A stretch of DNA of 64,000 nt from Sediminimonas sp. GTDB lineage: Bacteria; Pseudomonadota; Alphaproteobacteria; Rhodobacterales; Rhodobacteraceae. The DNA lies in the NCBI RefSeq assembly GCF_024637375.1, contig NZ_JAGXFK010000042.1, positions 16,169-80,168 on the forward strand, given 5' to 3'. The translations under genes and the position numbers were made by a program. The number at the start of each line of letters is the position of its first letter. The stretch's first letter is position 1. This document shows, piece after piece, positions 18,635 to 27,744 of this stretch. The notes below the pieces were generated by a model. It saw only the letters and a program-made list of their open reading frames with translations, was not told the origin of the DNA and ran no database searches.

Positions 18635-19720
18635 ATGAGAAACCACCTGATGACGATGACGGCGACGCTGGCGCTGGTCGCCGGGGCCGCCGCCGCCGAG
18701 GAAGTGCGCGTCTACAACTGGTCCGACTATATCGACGAGGACCTGCTGACCAAGTTCGAGGAAGAGACCGGCATCGACCTGATCTATGACGTGTTCGACA
18801 GCAACGAACTGCTGGAAACCAAGATGCTGGCCGGAGGATCGGGCTATGACGTCGTCGTGCCCTCGGGCACCTTCCTGCAGCGCCAGATCAGTGCCGGCGC
18901 GTTCCAGAAGCTCGACAAATCGAAGCTGCCCAACCTCGACAACATGTGGGACATGGTCCGCGAACGGACCGCGCAATACGACCCCGGCCACGAATACGCG
19001 ATCACCTACATGTGGGGCACAACCGGGATCGGCGTGAATGTCGGCGAGGTGACCAAGCGGCTGGGCGAGGACGCGCCGATCGATTCGCTGGAACTGATCT
19101 TCAACCCCGAGTACATGGAAAAGCTGGCCGATTGCGGCGTGCATTTCCTCGACGCCCCGGCCGAGATGATCCCGGCGGCGCTGAACTATATCGGTGAGGA
19201 TCCCAACAGCCACGACCCGGAGGTCATCGAGAAGGCCGGCGAAGTGTTCGGCGCGATCCGCCCCTACATCCAGAAGTTCCACAGCTCGGAATACATCAAC
19301 GCGCTGGCCAATGGCGACATCTGCGTGGCGGTCGGCTGGTCGGGTGACGTGCTGCAGGCACGCGACCGCGCCGCCGAGGCCGACAACAACGTCGAGATCG
19401 CCTACAACGCGCCCAAGGAAGGCGCGCAGATGTGGTTCGACATGATGGCGATCCCGGTCGACGCGCCGAACCCCGACGGGGCGCACAAGTTCCTCAACTT
19501 CATCCTCGATGCCAAGAACATGGCCGCCGCGTCGAACTACGTCTATTTCGCCAACGGCAACAAGGCGGCGCAGGAATACCTGCTGGACGACGTGATCAAC
19601 GATCCGGCGATCTACCCCAACCAGGAAACCATGGAAAAGCTGTTCACCACCACGCCCTATGGCGCCAAGGTGCAGCGGGTGGTGACCCGCCTGTGGACCA
19701 GGATCAAGTCGGGCACCTGA
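18635..19720 (+). CDS. potF: Putrescine ABC substrate-binding protein
   Basis: VYNWSDYI, GYDVVVPS, YMWGTTGIG, GWSGD, WFD; AGGAG RBS. Confidence 0.9.
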   Translation: MRNHLMTMTATLALVAGAAAAEEVRVYNWSDYIDEDLLTKFEEETGIDLIYDVFDSNELLETKMLAGGSGYDVVVPSGTFLQRQISAGAFQKLDKSKLPNLDNMWDMVRERTAQYDPGHEYAITYMWGTTGIGVNVGEVTKRLGEDAPIDSLELIFNPEYMEKLADCGVHFLDAPAEMIPAALNYIGEDPNSHDPEVIEKAGEVFGAIRPYIQKFHSSEYINALANGDICVAVGWSGDVLQARDRAAEADNNVEIAYNAPKEGAQMWFDMMAIPVDAPNPDGAHKFLNFILDAKNMAAASNYVYFANGNKAAQEYLLDDVINDPAIYPNQETMEKLFTTTPYGAKVQRVVTRLWTRIKSGT

Positions 19721-19736
19721 ACGGCCGGCATATGAC

Positions 19737-19764
19737 AGGCCCGCGCATTGCGGTGCGCGGGCCT
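19737..19764 (+). other. Intercistronic stem-loop after potF
   Basis: AGGCCCGCGCAT-TGCG-GTGCGCGGGCCT. Confidence 0.5.
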
Positions 19765-19787
19765 TACCTATCACAGCAGGTGACAAC

Positions 19788-20912
19788 ATGGCTCAAAGCG
19801 AATTCGCCCCATGGTCCGACCCGGCTGAAAAGCCGCTGATCCGCTTCCAGGGCGTGACCAAGCGGTTCGGCGCCTTCACCGCGATCGACGACCTGACCCA
19901 GGACATCTATGCGCAGGAATTCTTTGCCCTGCTGGGGCCGTCGGGATGCGGCAAGACAACGATGATGCGCATGCTGGCCGGGTTCGAGGCGCCGAGCGAG
20001 GGGCAGATCCTGCTTGATGGCCAGGACATGGCGCATGTGCCGCCCAACAAGCGCGCGGTCAACATGATGTTCCAGAGCTACGCGCTGTTCCCGCACCTGA
20101 GCGTGTGGGACAACATCGCGTTCGGCCTGCGCCGCGCCAGGATGCCCAAACCCGAGATCGACGCGCGGGTCGACGAAATGCTGCGCCTGACCCGGCTCGA
20201 AAAGTTCGCCCGTCGCAAGCCACACCAGATATCGGGCGGCCAGCGCCAGCGCGTGGCACTGGCGCGCAGCCTGGCCAAGGCACCCAAGCTGCTGTTGCTG
20301 GACGAACCCATGGGCGCGCTCGACGCAAAGCTGCGCCAGGACACCCAGTTCGAGCTGATGGACATCCAGGAAAAGACCGGCACCACCTTCGTGATCGTCA
20401 CCCACGACCAGGAAGAGGCGATGACCGTCGCCTCCCGCGTGGCGGTGATGGAAGATGGTCGCATCGTGCAGGTCGCCACCCCGGCCGAGATCTACGAAGT
20501 GCCCGAAACCGTGTATGTCGCCGATTTCATCGGTGACGTGAACATCTTCGAAGGCGCCGCCACCCCCTCGGGCGACGGCTATGATATCGCCTGGGCCGAA
20601 GGCCAGCCGCCGTTTCATGCCAGGACCGACAAGGCGCTGTCGAAGGGGCAGAAATGCTACCTTGCGATCCGGCCCGAAAAGATCGGCATCTCGGCCGAGA
20701 AACCCGCCGAGGCCGACAATGCCATTCAGGGCAGAATCATCGACATCGCCTATCTGGGCAACCTGAGTACCTACCACGTGGAATTGCCCGGCGGCCAGAT
20801 GATCAAGGCGCAAACGGCCAATACCCGTCGCCTGTCGCGCCGCGCCCTGACATGGGAAGATGAGGTCTGGCTGAGCTGGACCAAGACCGGCGCGGTGGTG
20901 CTTGAGCGATGA
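19788..20912 (+). CDS. potG: Putrescine ABC ATP-binding protein
   Basis: GPSGCGKT, ISGGQRQR, DEPMGALD. Confidence 0.9.
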   Translation: MAQSEFAPWSDPAEKPLIRFQGVTKRFGAFTAIDDLTQDIYAQEFFALLGPSGCGKTTMMRMLAGFEAPSEGQILLDGQDMAHVPPNKRAVNMMFQSYALFPHLSVWDNIAFGLRRARMPKPEIDARVDEMLRLTRLEKFARRKPHQISGGQRQRVALARSLAKAPKLLLLDEPMGALDAKLRQDTQFELMDIQEKTGTTFVIVTHDQEEAMTVASRVAVMEDGRIVQVATPAEIYEVPETVYVADFIGDVNIFEGAATPSGDGYDIAWAEGQPPFHARTDKALSKGQKCYLAIRPEKIGISAEKPAEADNAIQGRIIDIAYLGNLSTYHVELPGGQMIKAQTANTRRLSRRALTWEDEVWLSWTKTGAVVLER

Positions 20913-21805
20913 ACATCCGCCGCCTGCTCATCATGGTGCCGCCCTATCTGTGGCTGCTGCTGCTGTTCCTGGTGCCGTTCCTGATCGTGCTCAAGATCAG
21001 CCTGTCCGACATCGCGCTGGCGATCCCGCCCTACACGCCGACGCTGGAAATTTCCGAAGGGTGGCGCGGGATCACCACTTTCCTGTCGAAGCTCGATTTC
21101 GAGAATTTCACCTTCCTCACCACGGACGATCTGTATTGGAAAGCCTATCTGTCATCGCTTCAGATCGCGGCGATCGCGACGCTGCTGACATTGCTGCTGG
21201 GCTATCCCATCGCCTACGGCATGGCGCAGGCGGCGCCGGAATGGCGCGCGACACTGATGATGCTGGTGATCCTGCCGTTCTGGACCAGCTTCCTGATCCG
21301 GGTCTATTCGTGGATGGGTATCCTGGCGAACGAGGGCTATCTCAACCAGCTATTGCTGTGGATAGGAGTGATCGACACACCGCTGACGATCCTCAACACG
21401 CCTGTCGCGGTCTATATCGGCATCGTCTATACCTACATGCCGTTCATGATCCTGCCCATCTACGCGACGCTCGAGAAACTTGACGAATCGTTGCTGGAAG
21501 CGGCCGAGGATCTGGGCTGTTCGCGTATCTCGGCGTTCTGGCTGATTACCGTGCCGCTGTCGCGCAGCGGTATCATCGCGGGGTCTTTCCTGGTCTTCAT
21601 TCCCACCATTGGCGAGTTCGTCATTCCATCGTTGCTGGGCGGGTCGCGCACGCTGATGATCGGCAAGGTGCTGTGGGAGGAATTCTTCAACAACCGCGAC
21701 TGGCCGGTGGCCAGCGCGGTGGCGGTGGTCCTGCTGCTGATCCTGATCATTCCGATCATTCTGTTCCAGCGAAATCAGCAAAAACAACAGGAGGCCGGGC
21801 AATGA
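20909..21805 (+). CDS. potH: Putrescine ABC permease
   Basis: LPFWTSFLIRVY, EAAEDLG, DWPVASA; ATGA overlap. Confidence 0.9.
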   Translation: MNIRRLLIMVPPYLWLLLLFLVPFLIVLKISLSDIALAIPPYTPTLEISEGWRGITTFLSKLDFENFTFLTTDDLYWKAYLSSLQIAAIATLLTLLLGYPIAYGMAQAAPEWRATLMMLVILPFWTSFLIRVYSWMGILANEGYLNQLLLWIGVIDTPLTILNTPVAVYIGIVYTYMPFMILPIYATLEKLDESLLEAAEDLGCSRISAFWLITVPLSRSGIIAGSFLVFIPTIGEFVIPSLLGGSRTLMIGKVLWEEFFNNRDWPVASAVAVVLLLILIIPIILFQRNQQKQQEAGQ

Positions 21806-22620
21806 GGCGCTTTTCGTGGTTCAATGCCACCTCGCTGACGCTTGGGTTCGCGTTTCTGTATATCCCGATGCTGATCCTTATCGTCTTCAGCTTCAACGAA
21901 TCGAAACTGGTCACTGTCTGGGCAGGCTTTTCCACCAAGTGGTATGGCGAGTTGCTGCACAACGAAGCGTTCCTGGATGCAGCCTGGGTGACCATCCAGG
22001 TGGCCCTGCTGTCATCGACCGTCGCAACGGTGCTGGGCACCATGGCCGCACATGTGCTGGTGCGCGCGGGGCGCTTTCCCGGCCGCACGCTGTTTTCGGG
22101 GATGATCTATGCACCGCTGGTGATGCCCGATGTCATCACCGGCCTGTCGCTGTTGCTGTTGTTCATCGGCATCGGGCTGGATCGCGGCGTGCTGACCATC
22201 GTTCTGGCACATGCGACATTTTCCATGTGCTTCGTCTCGGTCGTGGTGTCATCGCGGCTGGTCAGCTTCGACCGCTCGCTGGAAGAGGCGGCACTGGATC
22301 TTGGCTGCTCGCCTTTCGAGGCGTTCCGCCTTGTCACCCTGCCGATCATCGCGCCGGCGGTGATCTCGGGGTGGTTGCTGGCCTTCACGCTGTCGCTTGA
22401 CGATCTGGTGATCGCGTCCTTCGCGGCAGGGCCGTCCTCGACCACGCTGCCGATCAAGATATTCTCGTCGATCCGGCTGGGCGTCAGCCCCGAAATCAAC
22501 GCGCTGTCGACGATCATGATCGCCATCGTCACCGTGGGCGTGATTATCGCTTCGCTGATCTCCAAACGCGCCAGCCTGGCCCAGCAACGCGACGAACAGG
22601 CCGCCGCGCGCACCACATGA
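21802..22620 (+). CDS. potI: Putrescine ABC permease
   Basis: FSTKWY, EEAALDLG, FTLSLDD, GVSPEINA; ATGA overlap. Confidence 0.9.
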   Translation: MRRFSWFNATSLTLGFAFLYIPMLILIVFSFNESKLVTVWAGFSTKWYGELLHNEAFLDAAWVTIQVALLSSTVATVLGTMAAHVLVRAGRFPGRTLFSGMIYAPLVMPDVITGLSLLLLFIGIGLDRGVLTIVLAHATFSMCFVSVVVSSRLVSFDRSLEEAALDLGCSPFEAFRLVTLPIIAPAVISGWLLAFTLSLDDLVIASFAAGPSSTTLPIKIFSSIRLGVSPEINALSTIMIAIVTVGVIIASLISKRASLAQQRDEQAAARTT

Positions 22621-23951
22621 AGCGGATATTCCCCGCCCATGCCTACGGCCCGGCGCCGATCGAGGGGTGCTATTGGGCCGCCACCGTGCCCGACGCCGCG
22701 CTGCGCCGATCGCGCGCCGAAGGCACGCTTGCCGCCGATGTGGCCATCGTTGGCGGTGGCTTCACCGGGCTGTCGGCGGCACTGCACCTGGCCGAAGCCG
22801 GCGCCGACGTGCTGCTTCTGGAGGCCGCGCATCCCGGCTGGGGCGCCTCGGGGCGCAATGGCGGGTTTTGCTGCCTCGGCGGTGCCAAGCTGGGGGACGA
22901 CGCGCTGCGGCGCCGTCACGGCGAGGACGCCCGCCGCGAATGGCGCCGGGCCGAGGCGGACGCCGTCGCGCTGGCCGGTGACCTGATAGCGCGGCACGCG
23001 ATCGCGGCCGACACCCATTCGCAGGGTGAGACGATTGTAGCCCACACCGCCCGCCACATGCGCCATCTGCGGGCCGAAGCGCCGCGCGTGGCGCGCGACT
23101 ACGGTGTCACCCCCGACGTGCTGGAACGCGCGGACCTGCCCGCGCACGGCATGGCCGGGCCGTTTCACGGCGCACTCACGATCCCCGTGGGGTTCGGCCT
23201 GAACCCGCGCAAGTACCTGGCCGGGCTTCTGGCCGCGGCCGAGGCCGCCGGCGCCCGCGTGCACGGCCAAAGCCCGGTCACGGACGTCACCGCCCAGGCC
23301 GGCGGCATCCGCCTGACCACGCCCGATGCCCGGATCACGGCGAAGCGGCTGATCGTCGCCACCAATGGCTATTCCTCCGAAGATGTGCCGGGCTGGATGG
23401 CCGGGCGCTACCTGCCGGCGCAATCCAACGTGCTGGTCACCCGCCCGCTCAGCGAGGCCGAGCGCGACGCAGCGGGCTGGACCAGCCGCCAGATGGCCTA
23501 TGACACGCGGCAACTGCTGCACTATTTCCGCCTGATGCCCGACAACCGGTTCCTGTTCGGGATGCGGGGCGGGCTGGTCAGCGGGCCGCGCGCCGATGCG
23601 CGCATGGCCCGCGCCGCGCGGCGGCACTTCGAGACGATGTTCCCCGCCTGGGCGCATGTCGAAACCCCGCACGACTGGTCGGGCATGGTCTGCTTTACCG
23701 CCGGCGCGGTGCCCTATTGCGGGCCGGTGCCGGGGTTGCCCGGCGCCTTCGCCGGCTTTGCCTATCATGGCAACGGGGTGGCCATGGGCACCTATGCCGG
23801 CGCATTGCTGGCCGACCTGGCGCTGGACCGGCCGCCCCGCCTGCCTTATCCGCAGGTGATGCGCGCGGCCCCGCGCCGGTTTCCGCCCGGACGCCTGCGG
23901 CGGGCACTGCTGTGGCCCGCCTATGGCGCCGCGGCGCTGGCCGACCTGTAA
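22617..23951 (+). CDS. FAD-dependent oxidoreductase (DAO / PuuB-like)
   Basis: GGGFTGL, GASGRNGG, ATNGY, YHGNGV. Confidence 0.82.
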   Translation: MKRIFPAHAYGPAPIEGCYWAATVPDAALRRSRAEGTLAADVAIVGGGFTGLSAALHLAEAGADVLLLEAAHPGWGASGRNGGFCCLGGAKLGDDALRRRHGEDARREWRRAEADAVALAGDLIARHAIAADTHSQGETIVAHTARHMRHLRAEAPRVARDYGVTPDVLERADLPAHGMAGPFHGALTIPVGFGLNPRKYLAGLLAAAEAAGARVHGQSPVTDVTAQAGGIRLTTPDARITAKRLIVATNGYSSEDVPGWMAGRYLPAQSNVLVTRPLSEAERDAAGWTSRQMAYDTRQLLHYFRLMPDNRFLFGMRGGLVSGPRADARMARAARRHFETMFPAWAHVETPHDWSGMVCFTAGAVPYCGPVPGLPGAFAGFAYHGNGVAMGTYAGALLADLALDRPPRLPYPQVMRAAPRRFPPGRLRRALLWPAYGAAALADL

Positions 23952-23977
23952 GCGCCCATCCCCGGTACCGGGACAAA

Positions 23978-24006
23978 TTGACAGCCGCCGGGCCTTGGGC
24001 TACCCG
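23978..24006 (+). promoter_or_regulatory. Candidate sigma70 promoter for truB
   Basis: Consensus -35 TTGACA, 17-nt spacer, weak -10 TACCCG. Confidence 0.45.
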
Positions 24007-24041
24007 GCGCCTTTCACGATATCCACGGGGATCGGCACGAC

Positions 24042-24950
24042 ATGGCACGCAAACGCAAGCGCCGCGACATTTCCGGCTGGCTGGTGGTGGACAAACCCGC
24101 CGGCGTTACGTCGACCGCCGTGGTCGGCAAGGTTCGCTGGGCGCTTGACGCCAACAAGGCGGGCCATGCCGGCACGCTGGACCCCGAGGCGACCGGGGTG
24201 CTGGCCATCGCCCTGGGCGAGGCGACGAAAACCGTGCCCTACATCACCGACGCGCTGAAAGCGTACAGATTCACCGTACGGCTTGGACAGGCGACCAATA
24301 CCGACGACACCGAGGGCAAGGTCATCGCCACCGCGCCCGACCGCCCCGATGACGCCCAGATCAAGGAGGCGCTGCACGGCTTCGTGGGCGAGATCATGCA
24401 GGTGCCGCCGAAATACTCGGCGGTCAAGATCGACGGACAGCGCGCCTACAAGCTGTCGCGCGCCGGCGAGGATGTCGAGATCGCCGCACGGCCGCTATGG
24501 GTCGAGGAACTGGTGATGGTGGATCGCCCCGATGCCGACCATGTGACGCTGGAAATGACCTGCGGCAAGGGCGGCTATGTGCGCGCCATCGCGCGTGATC
24601 TGGGCGAGGTACTGGGGTGTCATGGCCATGTCGCCAGCCTGCGCCGCACATGGTCGGGGCCGTTCGACGCCAAAGACGGGCTGAGCCTGGAACGCATCGA
24701 GGCGCTCGCCCGCACGCCCGAGCTGGACGCGCACCTGCGCCCGCTTGAGGAGGGCCTCGCCGATCTGCCACGCGTCGTCTGCCCGCTCGAGAGCGCCGCA
24801 CGCCTGCGCAACGGCAACCCCGCCCCGGTCATCGCCAGCGACATCGCCTATGGCGACGAATGCTGGGCGGCGCTGGATGGCCGCGCCGTGGCCGTCGGCC
24901 GCCTGCTGGGCGGCGAGTTGCACCCGCACCGGGTGTTCCGGCACCAGTGA
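24042..24950 (+). CDS. truB: tRNA pseudouridine(55) synthase
   Basis: [26 protein letters not shown]. Confidence 0.95.
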   Translation: MARKRKRRDISGWLVVDKPAGVTSTAVVGKVRWALDANKAGHAGTLDPEATGVLAIALGEATKTVPYITDALKAYRFTVRLGQATNTDDTEGKVIATAPDRPDDAQIKEALHGFVGEIMQVPPKYSAVKIDGQRAYKLSRAGEDVEIAARPLWVEELVMVDRPDADHVTLEMTCGKGGYVRAIARDLGEVLGCHGHVASLRRTWSGPFDAKDGLSLERIEALARTPELDAHLRPLEEGLADLPRVVCPLESAARLRNGNPAPVIASDIAYGDECWAALDGRAVAVGRLLGGELHPHRVFRHQ

Positions 24951-24996
24951 CGCGCATCGCTTGCATCGCGCGCGGGGCGGGGGCAGAACACGGGCC

Positions 24997-25545
24997 ATGA
25001 TCACGCGCGAGCACCTCAAGGGCGATGCCGCCTCGACCGCCGTCTATTCGGATTGCGAACGCTATCGCTACCTGCTGACCCGCGTGTGGAACGCGGGCGG
25101 GCGCAAGGCGCTGTTCGTGATGCTCAACCCCTCGACCGCGACCGAGGTGCAGAACGACCCCACCGTCGAGCGCTGCGAGCGGCGGGCGCGCACGCTGGGC
25201 TTCGGCGCGTTCCGGGTCTGCAACATCTTCGCCTGGCGCGACACCGACCCGCGCGCGATGCGCGCCGCCGCCGACCCCGTCGGCCGCGACAACGACGCGG
25301 CCATCGTCGAAAGCTGCGACTGGGCCGACCGGATCATCGCCGCCTGGGGTGCGCACGGGGCGCATCTGGGCCGCGGCCCGGCGGTGGCGCGGCTGCTGCA
25401 CGGCACCGGATACCCGGTCTATCACCTTGGCCTGACAAAGGATGGCCACCCGCGCCACCCGCTTTACATCGCCTACAGCCGCCAGCCCGAGCCATGGCCC
25501 GCCCCGGCCGGCGCCGCGCCCCGGCAGCAGGAGCCCCGCCCATGA
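24997..25545 (+). CDS. DUF1643 family protein
   Basis: YRYLLTRVW, FVMLNPSTA, DPT, AAWG, GHPRHPLY. Confidence 0.8.
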   Translation: MITREHLKGDAASTAVYSDCERYRYLLTRVWNAGGRKALFVMLNPSTATEVQNDPTVERCERRARTLGFGAFRVCNIFAWRDTDPRAMRAAADPVGRDNDAAIVESCDWADRIIAAWGAHGAHLGRGPAVARLLHGTGYPVYHLGLTKDGHPRHPLYIAYSRQPEPWPAPAGAAPRQQEPRP

Positions 25546-25746
25546 GCGAACAGGACCGTGACAACACCCGGCAGACCGGGGCGCAGACCGACCGGCAGGC
25601 CATCATGCGGCTGACGCACGAGGGCAAGCGGCGCAATGACGCGCCCGTCGCGCCACGGGGGTTAACCAACCGGTTTGATCGGCTTTGACTCAGGCCACCC
25701 CTTGCCGGACCATGCGATTGGGGGTCGGTGTTTCGGGATGGGGTAG

Positions 25747-26763
25747 ATGATGCTTGCAATGATGGGAATGCTCGGGGTCGTGATGGCCGGGGCCGCGTTT
25801 GTCGGCCTCGAAATCATGCCGCAGGACGACCCGGAGGCCACCGCCATCGAAGGCGGCGACGGCAGCGAGGACACCGGCGATGACGGCGCCACGCTGACGG
25901 ACCTGGTAACGGCACCCGACGAGCCCGCGCCTGCGCCCGGGACTCCGCCGGAACAAACCATGACCGGCAGCGATGGCGACGACATCATGCAGGGCGGTGA
26001 CAGTATCGACGCGATCTACGGCGGCGCGGGATACGACCAGATCGGCGGCGGCGACGGTGACGACTCGATCAACGGCGGCACCGAAGCCGACGACCTGCAC
26101 GGGCAGGATGGCAACGACACCCTCGAAGGCGGCGACGGCGACGACACCCTGCACGGCGAGGACGGCGACGACCACCTCGACGGCGGCACCGGCGCGGATA
26201 CCCTGTTCGGCGGCATGGGTGATGACACCCTGTCCGGCGGGGACGGTGACGATTCACTGCTGGCCGGGACAGGCGACGACATGCTGCGCGGCGGCGCGGG
26301 CGACGACAGCCTGCAAGGCGGCTATGGCGACGACACGCTGGCCGGCGGCGCGGGGCGCGACGCCCTGTTCGGCGGTGCCGGCGACGACGTGCTCGACGGG
26401 CGCGAAACCGGCGGTGACGCGCAGTCGCCCGACTACCTCAACGGCAGCGACGGCGACGACACGCTGATCGCCGGCAGCGGCGACATCCTGGGCGGCGGGA
26501 CCGGCGCCGATACCATGCTTCTGGGCGACTGGATCGACGATCCTGCGCAGGTGACGGACTACGACGCCGACGAGGACAGGCTGATCGTGGTGTTCGACGA
26601 CAGCACCGGCGCCGCGGCGCCGACCCTGGCGCTGGCCGAAGTGCCCGACGCGCCCGACGCGACGGCGGTGATGCTCGACGGTGCGCAGATCGCCACCCTT
26701 GCCGACGCGGGAAGCTTGACGCTGGATCATATCGCGCTGGTTGGGCGCTCGACGCTGGCCTGA
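25747..26763 (+). CDS. RTX/hemolysin-type calcium-binding protein with hydrophobic N-terminus
   Basis: About 16 consecutive GGxGxDxLx-type nonamers (25966-26397); very acidic. Confidence 0.85.
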   Translation: MMLAMMGMLGVVMAGAAFVGLEIMPQDDPEATAIEGGDGSEDTGDDGATLTDLVTAPDEPAPAPGTPPEQTMTGSDGDDIMQGGDSIDAIYGGAGYDQIGGGDGDDSINGGTEADDLHGQDGNDTLEGGDGDDTLHGEDGDDHLDGGTGADTLFGGMGDDTLSGGDGDDSLLAGTGDDMLRGGAGDDSLQGGYGDDTLAGGAGRDALFGGAGDDVLDGRETGGDAQSPDYLNGSDGDDTLIAGSGDILGGGTGADTMLLGDWIDDPAQVTDYDADEDRLIVVFDDSTGAAAPTLALAEVPDAPDATAVMLDGAQIATLADAGSLTLDHIALVGRSTLA

Positions 26764-26844
26764 TCGCTGCCCACGCCCCTTTTTTCTTGTGCTTCTGGGA
26801 AAACTCCCCTACACGCGCGCCGTGCCCGCACGGTGCGTGGCACA

Positions 26845-26916
26845 TCATTCTCCGGACCTTGCTGGACGACATCCCGGCTTGCGCCCCTGTCATTCCCTCT
26901 ATCAAAGGAGACCCCG
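26845..26916 (+). promoter_or_regulatory. Putative S15 autoregulatory leader RNA
   Basis: Structured 5' UTR containing GCTGGACGACATCCCGGC before the rpsO RBS; S15 leaders are known in alphaproteobacteria; boundaries approximate. Confidence 0.45.
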
Positions 26917-27186
26917 ATGTCGATTACCGTCGAAGAAAAAGCCCGCGTGATGAAGGATTTCGCCACCAAGGAAGGCGACACCGGATCGCCCGAGGTGCAG
27001 GTTGCCATCCTGACCTCGCGCATCGGCACGCTGACCGAGCACTTCAAGACCCACAAGAAAGACAACCACGGCCGCCGCGGCCTGCTGATGATGGTGGCGC
27101 AGCGGCGCAAGCTGCTGGACTACCTCAAGCGCAAGGACGAGGCGCGCTACCGCGACCTGATCAAGCGCCTGGGCATCCGCCGCTGA
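26917..27186 (+). CDS. rpsO: 30S ribosomal protein S15
   Basis: [30 protein letters not shown]. Confidence 0.98.
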   Translation: MSITVEEKARVMKDFATKEGDTGSPEVQVAILTSRIGTLTEHFKTHKKDNHGRRGLLMMVAQRRKLLDYLKRKDEARYRDLIKRLGIRR

Positions 27187-27193
27187 GCTTCTG

Positions 27194-27218
27194 AAACCGC
27201 GCCCCCGGGCGCGGTTTT
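27194..27218 (+). terminator. Terminator after rpsO
   Basis: AAACCGCGCCC-CC-GGGCGCGGTTTT hairpin. Confidence 0.7.
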
Positions 27219-27291
27219 GCCATTTTCCGCAAGACATCGGCGCCGATCCCCGCGCCGGCGTCCGGACGTCACCCTAGCAAGCGTAGCAATC

Positions 27292-27366
27292 GTAGGGTGG
27301 GCAGTCCTGCCCACCACCCACCACACGGCACCGCCACGTCACGGTGGGCAGGACTGCCCACCCTAC
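27292..27366. repeat. GTAG-type REP doublet (inverted pair)
   Basis: GTAGGGTGGGCAGTCCTGCCCACC (27292-27315) and its exact reverse complement (27343-27366); each arm is itself palindromic. Confidence 0.8.
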
Positions 27367-27471
27367 ACCTTTCACACGACCTCCCAACGCGCCCTGCGCG
27401 CCGCCGCGTGATCGCCTGATCTCCCGCGACAATCGCCCGCCCTGTTAACCCGGCCCGGGGCCGCATTCGCC

Positions 27472-27515
27472 ACCGACGCGATACCGACGTGATACCGACG
27501 CGGTGCCGACCCGGC
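27472..27515. repeat. 11-bp tandem repeat, 4 degenerate copies
   Basis: ACCGACGCGAT / ACCGACGTGAT / ACCGACGCGGT / GCCGACCCGGC. Confidence 0.65.
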
Positions 27516-27744
27516 AAATCGCCTGTTCCCGGGCTGTTAACCCCGATTCGCCCCGGGGCCCTCGGGCGGGCGGCTGTTCGGGGTTCCATTCGCGGGTTTT
27601 CTCCTCTATAGCGCGCGTATCTGAGACGCTGTGCCCCGACCCCGGCACTCGAGGGAATGATGGAGGGGTCGGCGGCAATGGGGCCGCCATTGAAACGGAA
27701 GGCCCGGGATACGCCCGGGATTGCTTCCAGCCAGGATACGCCAG

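Noticed and set aside
25661-25678. Possible CtrA box upstream of the RTX gene
   Set aside because: Only a TTAACC half-site; the second half does not fit TTAA-N7-TTAA.
25966-26397. 27-bp periodic repeats as a possible CRISPR array or VNTR
   Set aside because: They are in-frame codons for RTX nonapeptides, with no constant repeat and unique spacer pattern.
27472-27515. Tandem 11-mers as a mini-CRISPR or iteron set
   Set aside because: No spacers, too short, and no cas or rep gene nearby; kept only as a tandem repeat.
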